Part shown: positions 18,141 to 27,669 of the stretch, one piece after another
How the letters are laid out: every line of letters starts with the position of its first letter
Numbering within the stretch: position 1 is the stretch's first letter
Source: a virus
Taxonomy: Duplodnaviria; Caudoviricetes
DNA length: 53,864 nucleotides
Reading direction: 5' to 3' (one strand)
Virus record (IMG/VR): IMGVR_UViG_3300034068_000313
Span: 1-53,864 of that record
Notes under the pieces: model-generated
Database searches by the model: none
Seen by the model: the letters and a program-made list of their open reading frames with translations, nothing else
What the model was told of the DNA's origin: nothing
Translations under genes and position numbers: made by a program

Positions 18141-18161
18141 TTCCCACGTCGGCGGGCAACG

Positions 18162-18224
18162 GCCCTGCATATTGTGGTGGTATGCAGGGCTTATGTCCGT
18201 ATAGCCCGTTTATTTGCGCCGTGT
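18162..18224. repeat. Inverted pair of the TATGCAGGG box plus a repeat shared with 33178..33231
   Basis: GCCCTGCATA-N9-TATGCAGGGC perfect inverted repeat; TATGCAGGGCTTATGTCC and CGTTTATTTGCGCCGTGT recur at 33178 and 33214. Confidence 0.85.
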
Positions 18225-18315
18225 GCGCCTGTACCTAGCGAATGGGGCAAACAGCCCCTAAGAGGCTTAGAGGCGCACAGGGCGCGATATAACGCGGGAT
18301 ACGCGCAAACTAGGG

Positions 18316-19824
18316 CTATATCAGGGCAGCGTCGGGCAAGTCGGCTTCCATGCGTTGAGCCATACCCCCGATGGAGTAGCCACGGAGTTTGCCCGCCTTG
18401 ACCAAGTCCCACGCCCACGGTTCCCACACGACGCCCATGAATGGGGTGTTGCTGGGGAACTTGTACATCGTTGTGCCTTCACCCGGAACAACAAGGTCGG
18501 CCTCGACAGGGAACGGCAGTGTCAGTATCTCAACCATCTCACCCGCGGGTCGTTCTCCGTGTTGCAAGTACACAGTGCGATCACCTTTGCGTACCCAATC
18601 CCACAGTGCGAGTTGCAATGTTTTCTCGTCTGTGAATTCGCCGTGTGCGTCCTCAACTCCGGGTACGTACCAAGGTCCAAGCGTGTATCGCTGCTCGTCA
18701 GCCTTAGCGACCACCGCTGTGGTGTTCTTCAAGATGAGATCAACTTTGTCGACTTGGGTCAATGAGTACGGTCGGGCGACGCCTCGTAGTTCGATGTCGT
18801 CCTCAAGGATGTCGTGAACCATCTTGTGCGCTGGTGAAACCTCATTCAGTTTGTGGAAGTCGTCGTGCCACTCAATGAGTTTCTCTGTTGTTTGAGGCAT
18901 TGCTCGGTCTTGTGAGAAGCGTTCAATCTGTGCGAGGCGGTCGGCGGCTTCGGCTTCACTGACGTAACAACCGAACGAACGACCTGTTTCACTGATGACA
19001 CAGAACTGACCGCCCACTTGCTGGACTGCTCGACGGACCATTCCCATACCGCTCATGCCGTCCATCACGGGTTCTTCGGCGTCGTCCATACCCTCGCCGC
19101 CTTCGGGCATAGCGAGGCTTTCACCTTTGTCGCCGTACACGACCATCTCGGCTTCGTGGATCAGTGTCATAACCATTGCGCGTAAGTCGCCGCGTGCGGT
19201 GTTCAACAGACCGAGGTACGCATGAGTCAAGCACTCGACAGGGTTTGAGTACCCGCCGTTCTTCTTCATACCCTTGTGCATTGTCTCATCGACGTACATT
19301 GCTCGTACTGCGTTGATGACTGTCATGATCTTGTCGAGCAGTTCGTCCGTCTTTGGACCCATCTTCACTGCGGCACTGTAAGCGTTCAACAGACTGTCAA
19401 GTGGGTCGTAGCCCTCGTCGTCGTCTTTCATTTCGTAGCCGTACATCTTGTCTGCGTCCATGCCTTGTCCTTTGTTTAGTTCTCCCGACTCAATGAGTTG
19501 GTCTCGTTTGCGTTCTGCCCATAGGCGCGCTCTGTCTCTATTCGCTGAACCGACGTCGCCGCCCCACAACAGCCAAGCAACTTGACCCGGAGTTGGTCGT
19601 TCACTGTCGCCTGCCTCGTATGCCTGTGCTTTGGGGCTGGCTAGGTCGCTCTCATGTCGTGCGAGCCATGCTGCCATTCGCATTACCTTGTCAGGGCTGA
19701 CACTGCCTGCGACCATTTGTCGTGCTTCACGTATCGTCTTTGGTACGAGTCCGTCGCCCGCATACTCAAGTAGTTCGAGACCACGCTTTGCGTTAGCGGA
19801 TACGAACGAGGGAACTGCGACCAT
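18316..19824 (-). CDS. Multidomain capsid maturation protease (XkdF-like C-terminal domain)
   Basis: N-terminal AWLLWGGD domain; central FCVISETGRSFGCY…RLAQIERF domain; C-terminal DAHGE…LQH…LRGYSIGG protease motifs. Confidence 0.85.
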   Translation of the reverse strand: MVAVPSFVSANAKRGLELLEYAGDGLVPKTIREARQMVAGSVSPDKVMRMAAWLARHESDLASPKAQAYEAGDSERPTPGQVAWLLWGGDVGSANRDRARLWAERKRDQLIESGELNKGQGMDADKMYGYEMKDDDEGYDPLDSLLNAYSAAVKMGPKTDELLDKIMTVINAVRAMYVDETMHKGMKKNGGYSNPVECLTHAYLGLLNTARGDLRAMVMTLIHEAEMVVYGDKGESLAMPEGGEGMDDAEEPVMDGMSGMGMVRRAVQQVGGQFCVISETGRSFGCYVSEAEAADRLAQIERFSQDRAMPQTTEKLIEWHDDFHKLNEVSPAHKMVHDILEDDIELRGVARPYSLTQVDKVDLILKNTTAVVAKADEQRYTLGPWYVPGVEDAHGEFTDEKTLQLALWDWVRKGDRTVYLQHGERPAGEMVEILTLPFPVEADLVVPGEGTTMYKFPSNTPFMGVVWEPWAWDLVKAGKLRGYSIGGMAQRMEADLPDAALI

Positions 19825-19849
19825 GCGGCGAGACTATCAACCGACCTAT

Positions 19850-20152
19850 TCAGTTGGTTGTACCGCGTGACTGTTTCGGGGGTGTCGGTGTGAAGGGTTC
19901 AACAGTAGTTACAACAATTCTAGGCGTCATATCGTAAACACTTTGCAACCACTCCATAGCGGTTCGTAGCGTGTTCGCTTTGTCTTTCGGGTTATAGGTG
20001 TACATGGTCCGATATGGCTCAGTGACTACTTCGTAATCGTTATCGGCTACCCATTGCTCGACCTGTTCTTGGTATGTGTATTTGCCGTCCTCAGAAACGA
20101 TCTCTATACCGTCTGCTTCTAATATCCAATCCATGTGGTCCTCACAGTCCAA
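19850..20152 (-). CDS. Small acidic protein, candidate immunity protein of the MuF toxin
   Basis: Overlaps the MuF stop by 11 nt; same AT-richer composition as the MuF C-terminus. Confidence 0.55.
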   Translation of the reverse strand: MDCEDHMDWILEADGIEIVSEDGKYTYQEQVEQWVADNDYEVVTEPYRTMYTYNPKDKANTLRTAMEWLQSVYDMTPRIVVTTVEPFTPTPPKQSRGTTN

Positions 20153-23100
20153 CCAAGATACCTAATAAGTACCTAATGTATTCATCACCATTTTTTCGCA
20201 TACCTGCCCAGCCTTCATAGAACAGTCGCTCAACTCCTCGCGTCGTCACCTCTGTTGAACCCCACGTGTAGAGGCGACCTGTGTACAGGTCGTTGACTCC
20301 TAAGTCCCAACCTACCTCACCTTTGGTAATTGTCTTAGGTTTGCTCGAACTTGTGAGACCGCGTTTCTTACCTAAGCGGTTGATGATTAGGTATTCACTA
20401 TTGGTGACACCTCGTACGTCCTGAACGCTGTGTTGGAACTCATGGGCTAGAGTCGAACGCCAACCTCTAATGCCTTTACCACTGTTCGTCTTATCACCAC
20501 TCAAAGCGATTGTTCGTTCTCTCGAACTGTTGTAACCACGCTTCGTAAACTTGAGTGTCCAACCTGAACCTCGTGTTTGCGTGATCGTGTCCTCAACCCA
20601 TTCCGCGGGCAACATTCCGTCAAGTTCCTCAATGGCGTCTGTCCAATCTTTCTTCTTCACACCAGTGGGCAGTTTCACGTCACGGAAGTAACTGGCTATC
20701 GACGCTCTCGGTTGTCCGTACCTTGGTCGTGATGCTCGCAGTACGTCCTTCAGTACAGCGTTGTGCATATCGACTACCCGCTTGGCGATCTTGCCCTTTT
20801 CGGCACGCAGTTGTAGCACTTTGTCGTTCACTTTACCCCTCGCGTCCATCGCTTGACGCCAACGTTCAATGGCCTCGTTTAGTTCGGGGACCTTCGCAAA
20901 TTCATCGAAGCGTGTTGAACTAAGACGGATATCACCAACACCTGCAAGGTCATCAATAATCCTTGCCCAAGTCTTCTCACCACCGAAGTAGTCCACCCTT
21001 AGAAGTTGCGCGAGTAAACGACCAGCGGACGTGTCGCCCTCTTCAACGATTGCTTCGAGTAAAGCCTTGCGGCTCTTGTCATCAAACACGAGAAGCGTGT
21101 TTGCTACTTCGTCCTGTACTGGTAGGTCAACATACGACATGAGGGCTTTGGTTCTAGGGCTAACTGCGTCACTCGTGATTCGATCTAATATGCTGGTCCA
21201 CGCTTTGCGGTATTCCGACGTCATGTTCAAAGCCATTTTGTCGAGTTCATACTTCGCCTCGTCAATCAATTTATCTATGGCTCGGATGTCGTCTTGGGCT
21301 GTTGGGTCCAGTCTGCGGACCTCCTGCTCGATCTTGGCTAGTACACGAGCGCCTGCTTTATCGATAGCGTCCATCGCCGCTGTGTCATTGGGGTGTTCGT
21401 CCCAACCAATCCAGTCCGACGTCGAGCGAGACTTCGCGCCTGACTTTGATATGAGTGCAATGTCGTCACGTAAGTCTTCAATATCGACAACAAGGTCGGG
21501 GCGAGCACCACTCAACGGACCTGCTGTAGGGCTTAGGCCTGTCGGTGTTTGTACGGTGGGAAGTTTCATGTCAGGTCGTTGGAACATCTCACCGACCTTG
21601 AAGTTGTGTTGCTTCAAGTTTTCCTCAACACGGAACGCGCTGCTACCCTTCAGCGGTACAAACTCTTCCATCATTCCCGTGTTCCTGTTTGCCCTAACCC
21701 ACCTGCCATCGTTGAGACGCAGTATTGGCTGACCCAAATACTGCTCACCCTCAAGAACAACTATTCCCTCGCGACTGATTTCGAAGCCGACGACATCTCC
21801 ACTCGGTGGAACGTACTGCGACGCGGGTGCTGGGATTGGTGTTGGCTCAGGGACTACGGGTTTCGGTTCAGGGGCTACGGGCTTCGGTGGCTTCACGCCT
21901 GTTGGTTTGAACTCTTCACCGGGTTTGAACTTGTTTCGCTTCAAGTGTCGTTCAAGTTGTCCCGCTGCACTGTTCTGTGATGGTGTGAACTCTGTGTAGT
22001 AGTTGCCGTTCGGTTCGGCGATGCGTTCCCACTTGCCGTCGGCTGTTCGTCTTATAGGTGACCCGTTGTGGTAGGTGTCGGGTAGTTGAATTGTGCCATC
22101 AGTGTTGATACGGAACGCGGGTATCTTGCCGTCTCTGTCGAACTCTTGACGGTCAAGCAGAGTTGGCTTCACAGGTGGCTCGGGAACAACGACTACAGGT
22201 TCGGGAACGATCGGTGGCGTTGGTTCAGGTACTACAGGCTTCGGCGGTGTTGGTACTCCACCTTTGACAGCGCGTTCGATTTTGCCTGCGGCACTGTTGC
22301 GTGACGGAATGAACTCTTCGCGTACGCCGTTCTTATCATTCCTGAACCAGCGTCCTGTTGGGTCACGTTCGATGTCTGTACCCGGAACTTGAACACGTCC
22401 GTCGGAGTGAACATGGAACTCTACGTCCTCGCCACTTACGACACGACGTTCAACGGAGAAGCCTTCGGAAGGTGTTGTTGGTCGGGGTGCCGACACGACA
22501 TCGCCCGCGTCTAAGTTGGGCAACGGTGGGAAGTCATCGAGGTTCGGTACGTCGGGTACTGACACACGGAACGGGTCGCCGGGTGTGCCTGTGCCTAAGC
22601 CTTGCGTCGGTCGTCCTTGTGGTGAAGCGTTGAGCACCATTGTGCAACGGCAGTTGGGGTGCGCTGGCGGTGTCATCTTCTTGATGCTGAACGGTTTGTT
22701 GATCGGTTGGTTCTGTCCGTTCAACGGAGCACAGATTGGACATACGTCCATCGGTCCAGTGACCCACACTTTGCGTGCTGTTTGTTTGTTGATGAGTCCA
22801 CGGTCGGCTGCTTGGTTCCATGCTTGCTGTTTGCCTTCGTTGTAGGCCATCATGGTTTCGGTACGTGCGATTGTGCGTGCTCGTTGGCGTCGTAGTTTCT
22901 CTGCGTATTTGTTTGTGTCTGTTTTGATCTTCTCTAAAGCCTTGGTGCCTTCGATGCCTTGTGCTGTCAGTGTGTTGGCAACTTGTGTTGCTCTGTTGAA
23001 CAGTGCTTGCTCATACCTGACTGTGAGACCGTTAGCGTTGACACCGAGTGTGCGTGCCATGAGTTTGCCTGCGTCTGTACCCGGACTCACTTGCGACAGT

Positions 23101-23648
23101 ATGGCTCGCAGGTTCTTTGATGTACCTGCACGTGTGTCGCCTGCGCCGAACGACTGACCAACAACACGCCTGACCATTGCTAGTTGGTCCTTCTTCATGT
23201 TGGTGACCAGTTTGCTTGACTCGTCTCTAGCCCACTTCAAGGCTTCGGGGCTTTGTGCGTTGAATGAGAACGCCATTGTGATCTCTGCTGGTGTTGGCAG
23301 TTCTGCTTTGGTCAATGCGTTGATGAATTGCTGCGACAGGTCTTTGGCTTCTGCTTTGGCTGACTCGACGAGTTGTTTGTGTAGTTCGCTTGCTAACTCG
23401 GACTCAATGACAGAGAAGGCACGTTCGACTTCTTTCTCATAGCCTGTGTAGTAGATGTTGTTGACTAACTTCTCAAACTCTTCGGGGCGTATCATGCTGA
23501 AGCCGTCAAGCAACGACTCACTCATTGCTCGCTCGGCGCTGTTCAATGCGGTGTCACCAATGTTGCGTGCGTTATTGAATTCGATAACGCGTTTAGCAAC
23601 GAGCGGTACAGCCGTCGTTCGTTTGATGTGACGCCCGAAGATGGGCAT
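20142..23648 (-). CDS. MuF-family minor head protein with repeats and C-terminal HExxH metallopeptidase-like domain
   Basis: RARTIARTET…KVWVT…CPICAPLNG…PPAHPNCRC; Pro-rich linkers; TLAHEFQH near the C-terminus. Confidence 0.88.
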   Translation of the reverse strand: MPIFGRHIKRTTAVPLVAKRVIEFNNARNIGDTALNSAERAMSESLLDGFSMIRPEEFEKLVNNIYYTGYEKEVERAFSVIESELASELHKQLVESAKAEAKDLSQQFINALTKAELPTPAEITMAFSFNAQSPEALKWARDESSKLVTNMKKDQLAMVRRVVGQSFGAGDTRAGTSKNLRAILSQVSPGTDAGKLMARTLGVNANGLTVRYEQALFNRATQVANTLTAQGIEGTKALEKIKTDTNKYAEKLRRQRARTIARTETMMAYNEGKQQAWNQAADRGLINKQTARKVWVTGPMDVCPICAPLNGQNQPINKPFSIKKMTPPAHPNCRCTMVLNASPQGRPTQGLGTGTPGDPFRVSVPDVPNLDDFPPLPNLDAGDVVSAPRPTTPSEGFSVERRVVSGEDVEFHVHSDGRVQVPGTDIERDPTGRWFRNDKNGVREEFIPSRNSAAGKIERAVKGGVPTPPKPVVPEPTPPIVPEPVVVVPEPPVKPTLLDRQEFDRDGKIPAFRINTDGTIQLPDTYHNGSPIRRTADGKWERIAEPNGNYYTEFTPSQNSAAGQLERHLKRNKFKPGEEFKPTGVKPPKPVAPEPKPVVPEPTPIPAPASQYVPPSGDVVGFEISREGIVVLEGEQYLGQPILRLNDGRWVRANRNTGMMEEFVPLKGSSAFRVEENLKQHNFKVGEMFQRPDMKLPTVQTPTGLSPTAGPLSGARPDLVVDIEDLRDDIALISKSGAKSRSTSDWIGWDEHPNDTAAMDAIDKAGARVLAKIEQEVRRLDPTAQDDIRAIDKLIDEAKYELDKMALNMTSEYRKAWTSILDRITSDAVSPRTKALMSYVDLPVQDEVANTLLVFDDKSRKALLEAIVEEGDTSAGRLLAQLLRVDYFGGEKTWARIIDDLAGVGDIRLSSTRFDEFAKVPELNEAIERWRQAMDARGKVNDKVLQLRAEKGKIAKRVVDMHNAVLKDVLRASRPRYGQPRASIASYFRDVKLPTGVKKKDWTDAIEELDGMLPAEWVEDTITQTRGSGWTLKFTKRGYNSSRERTIALSGDKTNSGKGIRGWRSTLAHEFQHSVQDVRGVTNSEYLIINRLGKKRGLTSSSKPKTITKGEVGWDLGVNDLYTGRLYTWGSTEVTTRGVERLFYEGWAGMRKNGDEYIRYLLGILVGL

Positions 23649-23650
23649 GA

Positions 23651-24997
23651 CTAGACTTCCTCAGCCTGTCCTTGCGGCAGTCCTGCCAGCCCTCTCAAGT
23701 AGTTCTCAAGGTCTATGTCAGGGAACAGTGGTGCGCCTGCTTGTGTCAGTTGCTGTATGTAACGACCGATCGAATCGAGGTCGACGTTCTTTGGTGGTGT
23801 GTACGTCAACGTCGGGCAGAGTTCCATAGGTACACCGTTGAGTCGCATGAGGCGAGGGATGCCGTGGTTGTTGAACGTCTCTGCAATGTTTGACAGGTAG
23901 GCATTGAGTGATGTCAAGAACAGTTCGATCTTGCTTACTGATAAGGCTTGAGTGCCAACACCTTCGTGACCGAGTAACAAGAAGTCAGCCAGCACAGTCA
24001 TCGCGATACGTTGGTCGTACCGTGTGATGATCTCGTTCGTATCGAATTGACGACGACCGCCAGTGGACAGCAACTTCAAGTCATACGCAAGTAACTTGGT
24101 ATCGGGGTCGTACGCCAACGGGAACACGATGCCTTCTTGTTCGTCGCGCTTGATGTTGCGAACGATTTGTTTGATTGCTTCTAACGCGGCCTTCTCATCT
24201 GCTGTCGCGTTGTTCGACAGCATCTGTGGCGGTACGTAAGCAACGGGCATACCAGCAAGGTCACGTTCAATACCGATTGCTTCGATCTCTTGGATACGAC
24301 GCTTGTAGTACCACGACACGAAAGCGTTACGCAGAATGGAACGACCTTGTGGGTTGTTCATCTTTGTTGTGGTGCGGAACAACATTGCTTTCTCAATGGG
24401 AATGAACACGAGGCCTTTACCTGCTGCGCTCGGGTCCATTTGGTACATACCTTGAATACCGCCGTTGTTATCGAACTCCCATTTCTGCACAGTGAGTTGT
24501 GAACGGATTGGGAGTTTGCGCCAACCGATACGACCGTCGTTGTACTTCGATCGTGTGCTTGCGTCGTCTGTGTAACCCTTGCGGTACTTGTAAACGATCT
24601 CATGGTATGAGAAGCCGTACACGAGGAAGGTCAAGATGGCGGCGAGTGTGTCGTCCCATGATTGGGTCATGTCGCTAAGGCACGTTGATACGAACGCTGC
24701 CTCTGCTATTGCTTGCTCGTTAGTGGGGTCGGAAGGCTCTACTGACCAGTCGACGCTACGAACGATCATCTCGATGGCTTGAAGCATTCCACCTACGACG
24801 GCGTCGTTGTCTGCCATCTCACGGAAGTTTGAGTACCCTTGCTTGCCTTGTAGTTGCCTGAGGAAGTCGTCGTTGACGATTCCACCGTTCTGTCTAAGGC
24901 CTGACGAACCAACTTCCATGAAGTCAGTTGATGACTTCGCTTTGGCTACCTTGTCGGGTGCCTTAGTTGTTCGACCGTTGTGCTGCACGTTGCTCAT
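23651..24997 (-). CDS. Portal protein (DUF935-like)
   Basis: 448 aa; LVYGFSYHEIVY…WRKLPIR…NPQGRSILR…GIERDLAGMP motifs; position in the packaging module. Confidence 0.9.
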   Translation of the reverse strand: MSNVQHNGRTTKAPDKVAKAKSSTDFMEVGSSGLRQNGGIVNDDFLRQLQGKQGYSNFREMADNDAVVGGMLQAIEMIVRSVDWSVEPSDPTNEQAIAEAAFVSTCLSDMTQSWDDTLAAILTFLVYGFSYHEIVYKYRKGYTDDASTRSKYNDGRIGWRKLPIRSQLTVQKWEFDNNGGIQGMYQMDPSAAGKGLVFIPIEKAMLFRTTTKMNNPQGRSILRNAFVSWYYKRRIQEIEAIGIERDLAGMPVAYVPPQMLSNNATADEKAALEAIKQIVRNIKRDEQEGIVFPLAYDPDTKLLAYDLKLLSTGGRRQFDTNEIITRYDQRIAMTVLADFLLLGHEGVGTQALSVSKIELFLTSLNAYLSNIAETFNNHGIPRLMRLNGVPMELCPTLTYTPPKNVDLDSIGRYIQQLTQAGAPLFPDIDLENYLRGLAGLPQGQAEEV

Positions 24998-25776
24998 CGT
25001 ACATCGTCCTCGTTCACTCTCATTGGTGCTAGCGCACTCATAGTGCGTCCGTCGAACCTCTTGTTGGCGACTGGCAGGTTGTTCGCAACGATGCCGATCT
25101 TGTTTGTTGGTGCTACTACTGCGAGCAGGTCGTTGTCTGACTGATCGAAGTACCCTGCTTCTTGTAACGCTTGAAGTGTTGGGAACACGTCGGCGTGACG
25201 ATGTTTGTCTCTGTTGATCAAACGGTCTTGCTTGCCACCATAGGAGAACACGATCCTCAAGTTGCTTGGCATAGTGCCTTGGTACTCAATCACCATTGCT
25301 ACCTCTTTGGTGTATGCGTAGAACAGAACGTGCGGTACTTTGCTTGCGATGTTTATCCAGCGCATCAAGTATTCGGGTGAGTAGAAGTCGCCTGCGTCGT
25401 GTATGCGTACTGCTTTGCCACCGAGTTCTACCCATTGACGCAACCACGTGTCGTCAGGGTCGACGGGTAGGTCGTGTGGTTTGCCTGTGTACATCATTCG
25501 CTTATGTCGTACTTCCCTAAGCATCTGTGACTCCCATAGGTCGCCGTCGTACAGCACGTACTCAAGGTTCTGTAGGTGTCGGGCTTTGACGTTGCTGAAG
25601 TTGTATGTACCGAACTTGGCGTAGCACACGCGACCGCATGACCCTGCGTTGGGACAACAGTTCATTCGCTCACCATTCGTAAGCGTTACAACGTGCGCGG
25701 GAATGGTCCAGTTCCACACGCCCACCTTCCTGAGTTCACTGTTCTGCGATAGCAAACGTTTCGGCGGGTTGATCAT
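24994..25776 (-). CDS. GP88-like protein with radical-SAM-like Cys motif
   Basis: CPNAGSCGRVCYA (Cx5Cx3C), RIHDAGDFYS and FYAYTK motifs. Confidence 0.75.
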   Translation of the reverse strand: MINPPKRLLSQNSELRKVGVWNWTIPAHVVTLTNGERMNCCPNAGSCGRVCYAKFGTYNFSNVKARHLQNLEYVLYDGDLWESQMLREVRHKRMMYTGKPHDLPVDPDDTWLRQWVELGGKAVRIHDAGDFYSPEYLMRWINIASKVPHVLFYAYTKEVAMVIEYQGTMPSNLRIVFSYGGKQDRLINRDKHRHADVFPTLQALQEAGYFDQSDNDLLAVVAPTNKIGIVANNLPVANKRFDGRTMSALAPMRVNEDDVR

Positions 25777-27108
25777 TTAGATTCTCCAGTGTGAGGTCTG
25801 CGGTATGGATATTGGCGCTACTGCTATTGCTTGCTTGTTGCCGTCGACCATGAGTTCGGTCAATGCCCATACGAGTGCGTCGAGTCGGTCAGGACTGTCA
25901 CCATAGTCGGGAACCCAGCCGCATAGTTGATCTTCAAGTTGTGGGTAGAAGCCGACGTGGTGTACTCGGCCTTGCTCGTATAGGGCTGCGACAGGTTCTG
26001 CGCGTGTTCGTTTACCTCGTGAGGCGTGTACGAGTTTGATTGGTGCGTTGCGTTCCACTGTTGCGATGGTGTGTCGTACCATGTCGCCGCCTTGGTTGGC
26101 TTCCAAGACGATGCGGTCTGCTTTGTACTTGTGGTAGGCGAGCACGACTGCTTGCGCCCATTCAGCAGGGCTACCCTTCATTGACAGGTCGTCGAGTACG
26201 TAGCCTTGGTTATCTAAGCCGATGCCTGCAACGATGATGCCTGTCTCTGCTGACTCGGCTCTGTTGCTTATTGCGGGGTCGACAGCGACGACGATGCGCT
26301 TCATCTCGATATGCTTGACCACCCGTAGTTCGTCGAGTTTGCTTCTTTGCCATAGAGCACCTTCGAGGTCGTCTAAGACTTCGGCGTGGAGTTCTTGGCG
26401 TCCGAGTGTTGTGCCTTCGTAACGCTTGAGGATTTCGTCGACGAACGCTGGGGCTAGGTTCTTGACGTTCTCGTATGTCGAGCCGCGTGTGAGGTGGACA
26501 CTGCCGTCGTCTGTACGCATGAGTCGGCGTATGACATCAACGGGTCTTGGTGTGGTCGTTACTACTGAACGCGGGTGTGTTCCGATTCTAAGTCCGAGGG
26601 TGAGTTGGTCCCACGCTTCGGAGTACCGCCACGCTGCGAGTTCGTCTGCCCACGCTAGGTCGTGGTTGGGTCCACGTAGGCGGTCGGGTTCGTCGGCTGA
26701 GTACGCTGACGCTTGCGAGCCGTTGTGGAACGTGACTCGACGCTTTGATGGTTCGTACTGTGGTCGTTGGTGTGGTGGGAACACAGTGAGCAGGCCTGAC
26801 TCGCCTTCGATCATGACGTCGCGTACGTCGGCGGCTGTTGCCCCGACTAGGGCAATATGCTTCGCCGTACCGTTGTTCACTTGCTCACGAACGAACTCTG
26901 CGCCTGTGCGTGTCTTACCGAACCCACGCCCCGCAAGGATTAGCCACGTGCGCCAGTTGCCGTCGGGAGTTGATTGCTTTGGTCGACGCCATAGACGCCA
27001 GTCGTACAGCACCTCACGTTGCTGTTCGGGCGACAGTTCACCTACGAGTTCTGTGAGTTGTTCAGGTGTTAGCCCTGCCAACACTTCAGCCCATGACTTC
27101 TCAGTCAC
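25777..27108 (-). CDS. terL: Terminase large subunit
   Basis: Walker A AGRGFGKT, Walker B WADE, VTTTP coupling motif, nuclease VAVDPA…SPDRLDA. Confidence 0.96.
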   Translation of the reverse strand: MTEKSWAEVLAGLTPEQLTELVGELSPEQQREVLYDWRLWRRPKQSTPDGNWRTWLILAGRGFGKTRTGAEFVREQVNNGTAKHIALVGATAADVRDVMIEGESGLLTVFPPHQRPQYEPSKRRVTFHNGSQASAYSADEPDRLRGPNHDLAWADELAAWRYSEAWDQLTLGLRIGTHPRSVVTTTPRPVDVIRRLMRTDDGSVHLTRGSTYENVKNLAPAFVDEILKRYEGTTLGRQELHAEVLDDLEGALWQRSKLDELRVVKHIEMKRIVVAVDPAISNRAESAETGIIVAGIGLDNQGYVLDDLSMKGSPAEWAQAVVLAYHKYKADRIVLEANQGGDMVRHTIATVERNAPIKLVHASRGKRTRAEPVAALYEQGRVHHVGFYPQLEDQLCGWVPDYGDSPDRLDALVWALTELMVDGNKQAIAVAPISIPQTSHWRI

Positions 27109-27580
27109 TCTCAGTGGACTCCACGTTGAGAACGTTTGAGAGGCTCATCACATTCTCAGGCGACCCCTCGGTGAGAGAACGGAGCCGCTCAATGAGCAAA
27201 GCCCCGACGTCGGTCTGTATTGGTCCACCCTGTGACCCAACGACCTCGACAACGTTGCGAGCCGAGTCCAAGCCCCACAGGTCCGCTCGACGCTTCTCAA
27301 TGGCGAGCACGTTTCGTACTTGATCAAGGTCGCCCGATAACACGGCCTGCAAACAACGCGTGACCATCATGTCCAGTCGTTCACTCTGTAGCAGACGTTG
27401 CTCACGTGCAGGCTCAACGAACGATCTGTCGAGCGCCGTCTTGACTGCCTTCCATGACCCTGACCTAGACGCGTACCCAAGTTCCTCGGCTATTTGGTCG
27501 TAACTGATTCCAAGGTTTCGCAGGCGTAATGCTTTGCGTTGCTTCTCTGCTGTTTCGATATCGAGTCGGCGCACGTTCAC
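27101..27580 (-). CDS. terS: Terminase small subunit (HTH)
   Basis: LRNLGISYDQIAEELGY HTH; RRADLWGLD…EVVGSQGGPI; directly upstream of terL. Confidence 0.85.
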   Translation of the reverse strand: MNVRRLDIETAEKQRKALRLRNLGISYDQIAEELGYASRSGSWKAVKTALDRSFVEPAREQRLLQSERLDMMVTRCLQAVLSGDLDQVRNVLAIEKRRADLWGLDSARNVVEVVGSQGGPIQTDVGALLIERLRSLTEGSPENVMSLSNVLNVESTESD

Positions 27581-27607
27581 TGTCCTTGGTTCACTCTTTT
27601 GTTCACT
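27575..27607 (-). repeat. Three direct AGTGAAC repeats at the terS start
   Basis: GTTCACT at 27575, 27589 and 27601. Confidence 0.6.
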
Positions 27608-27669
27608 GTTGATGTGAAGTTATCAGGTATACACCCGTTGCGCGAGTCTTTTCTTTATGCTGAGAACTT

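Noticed and set aside
20723-27139. Long plus-strand ORFs opposite MuF, portal and terL
   Set aside because: Antisense shadows with no RBS or recognisable motifs
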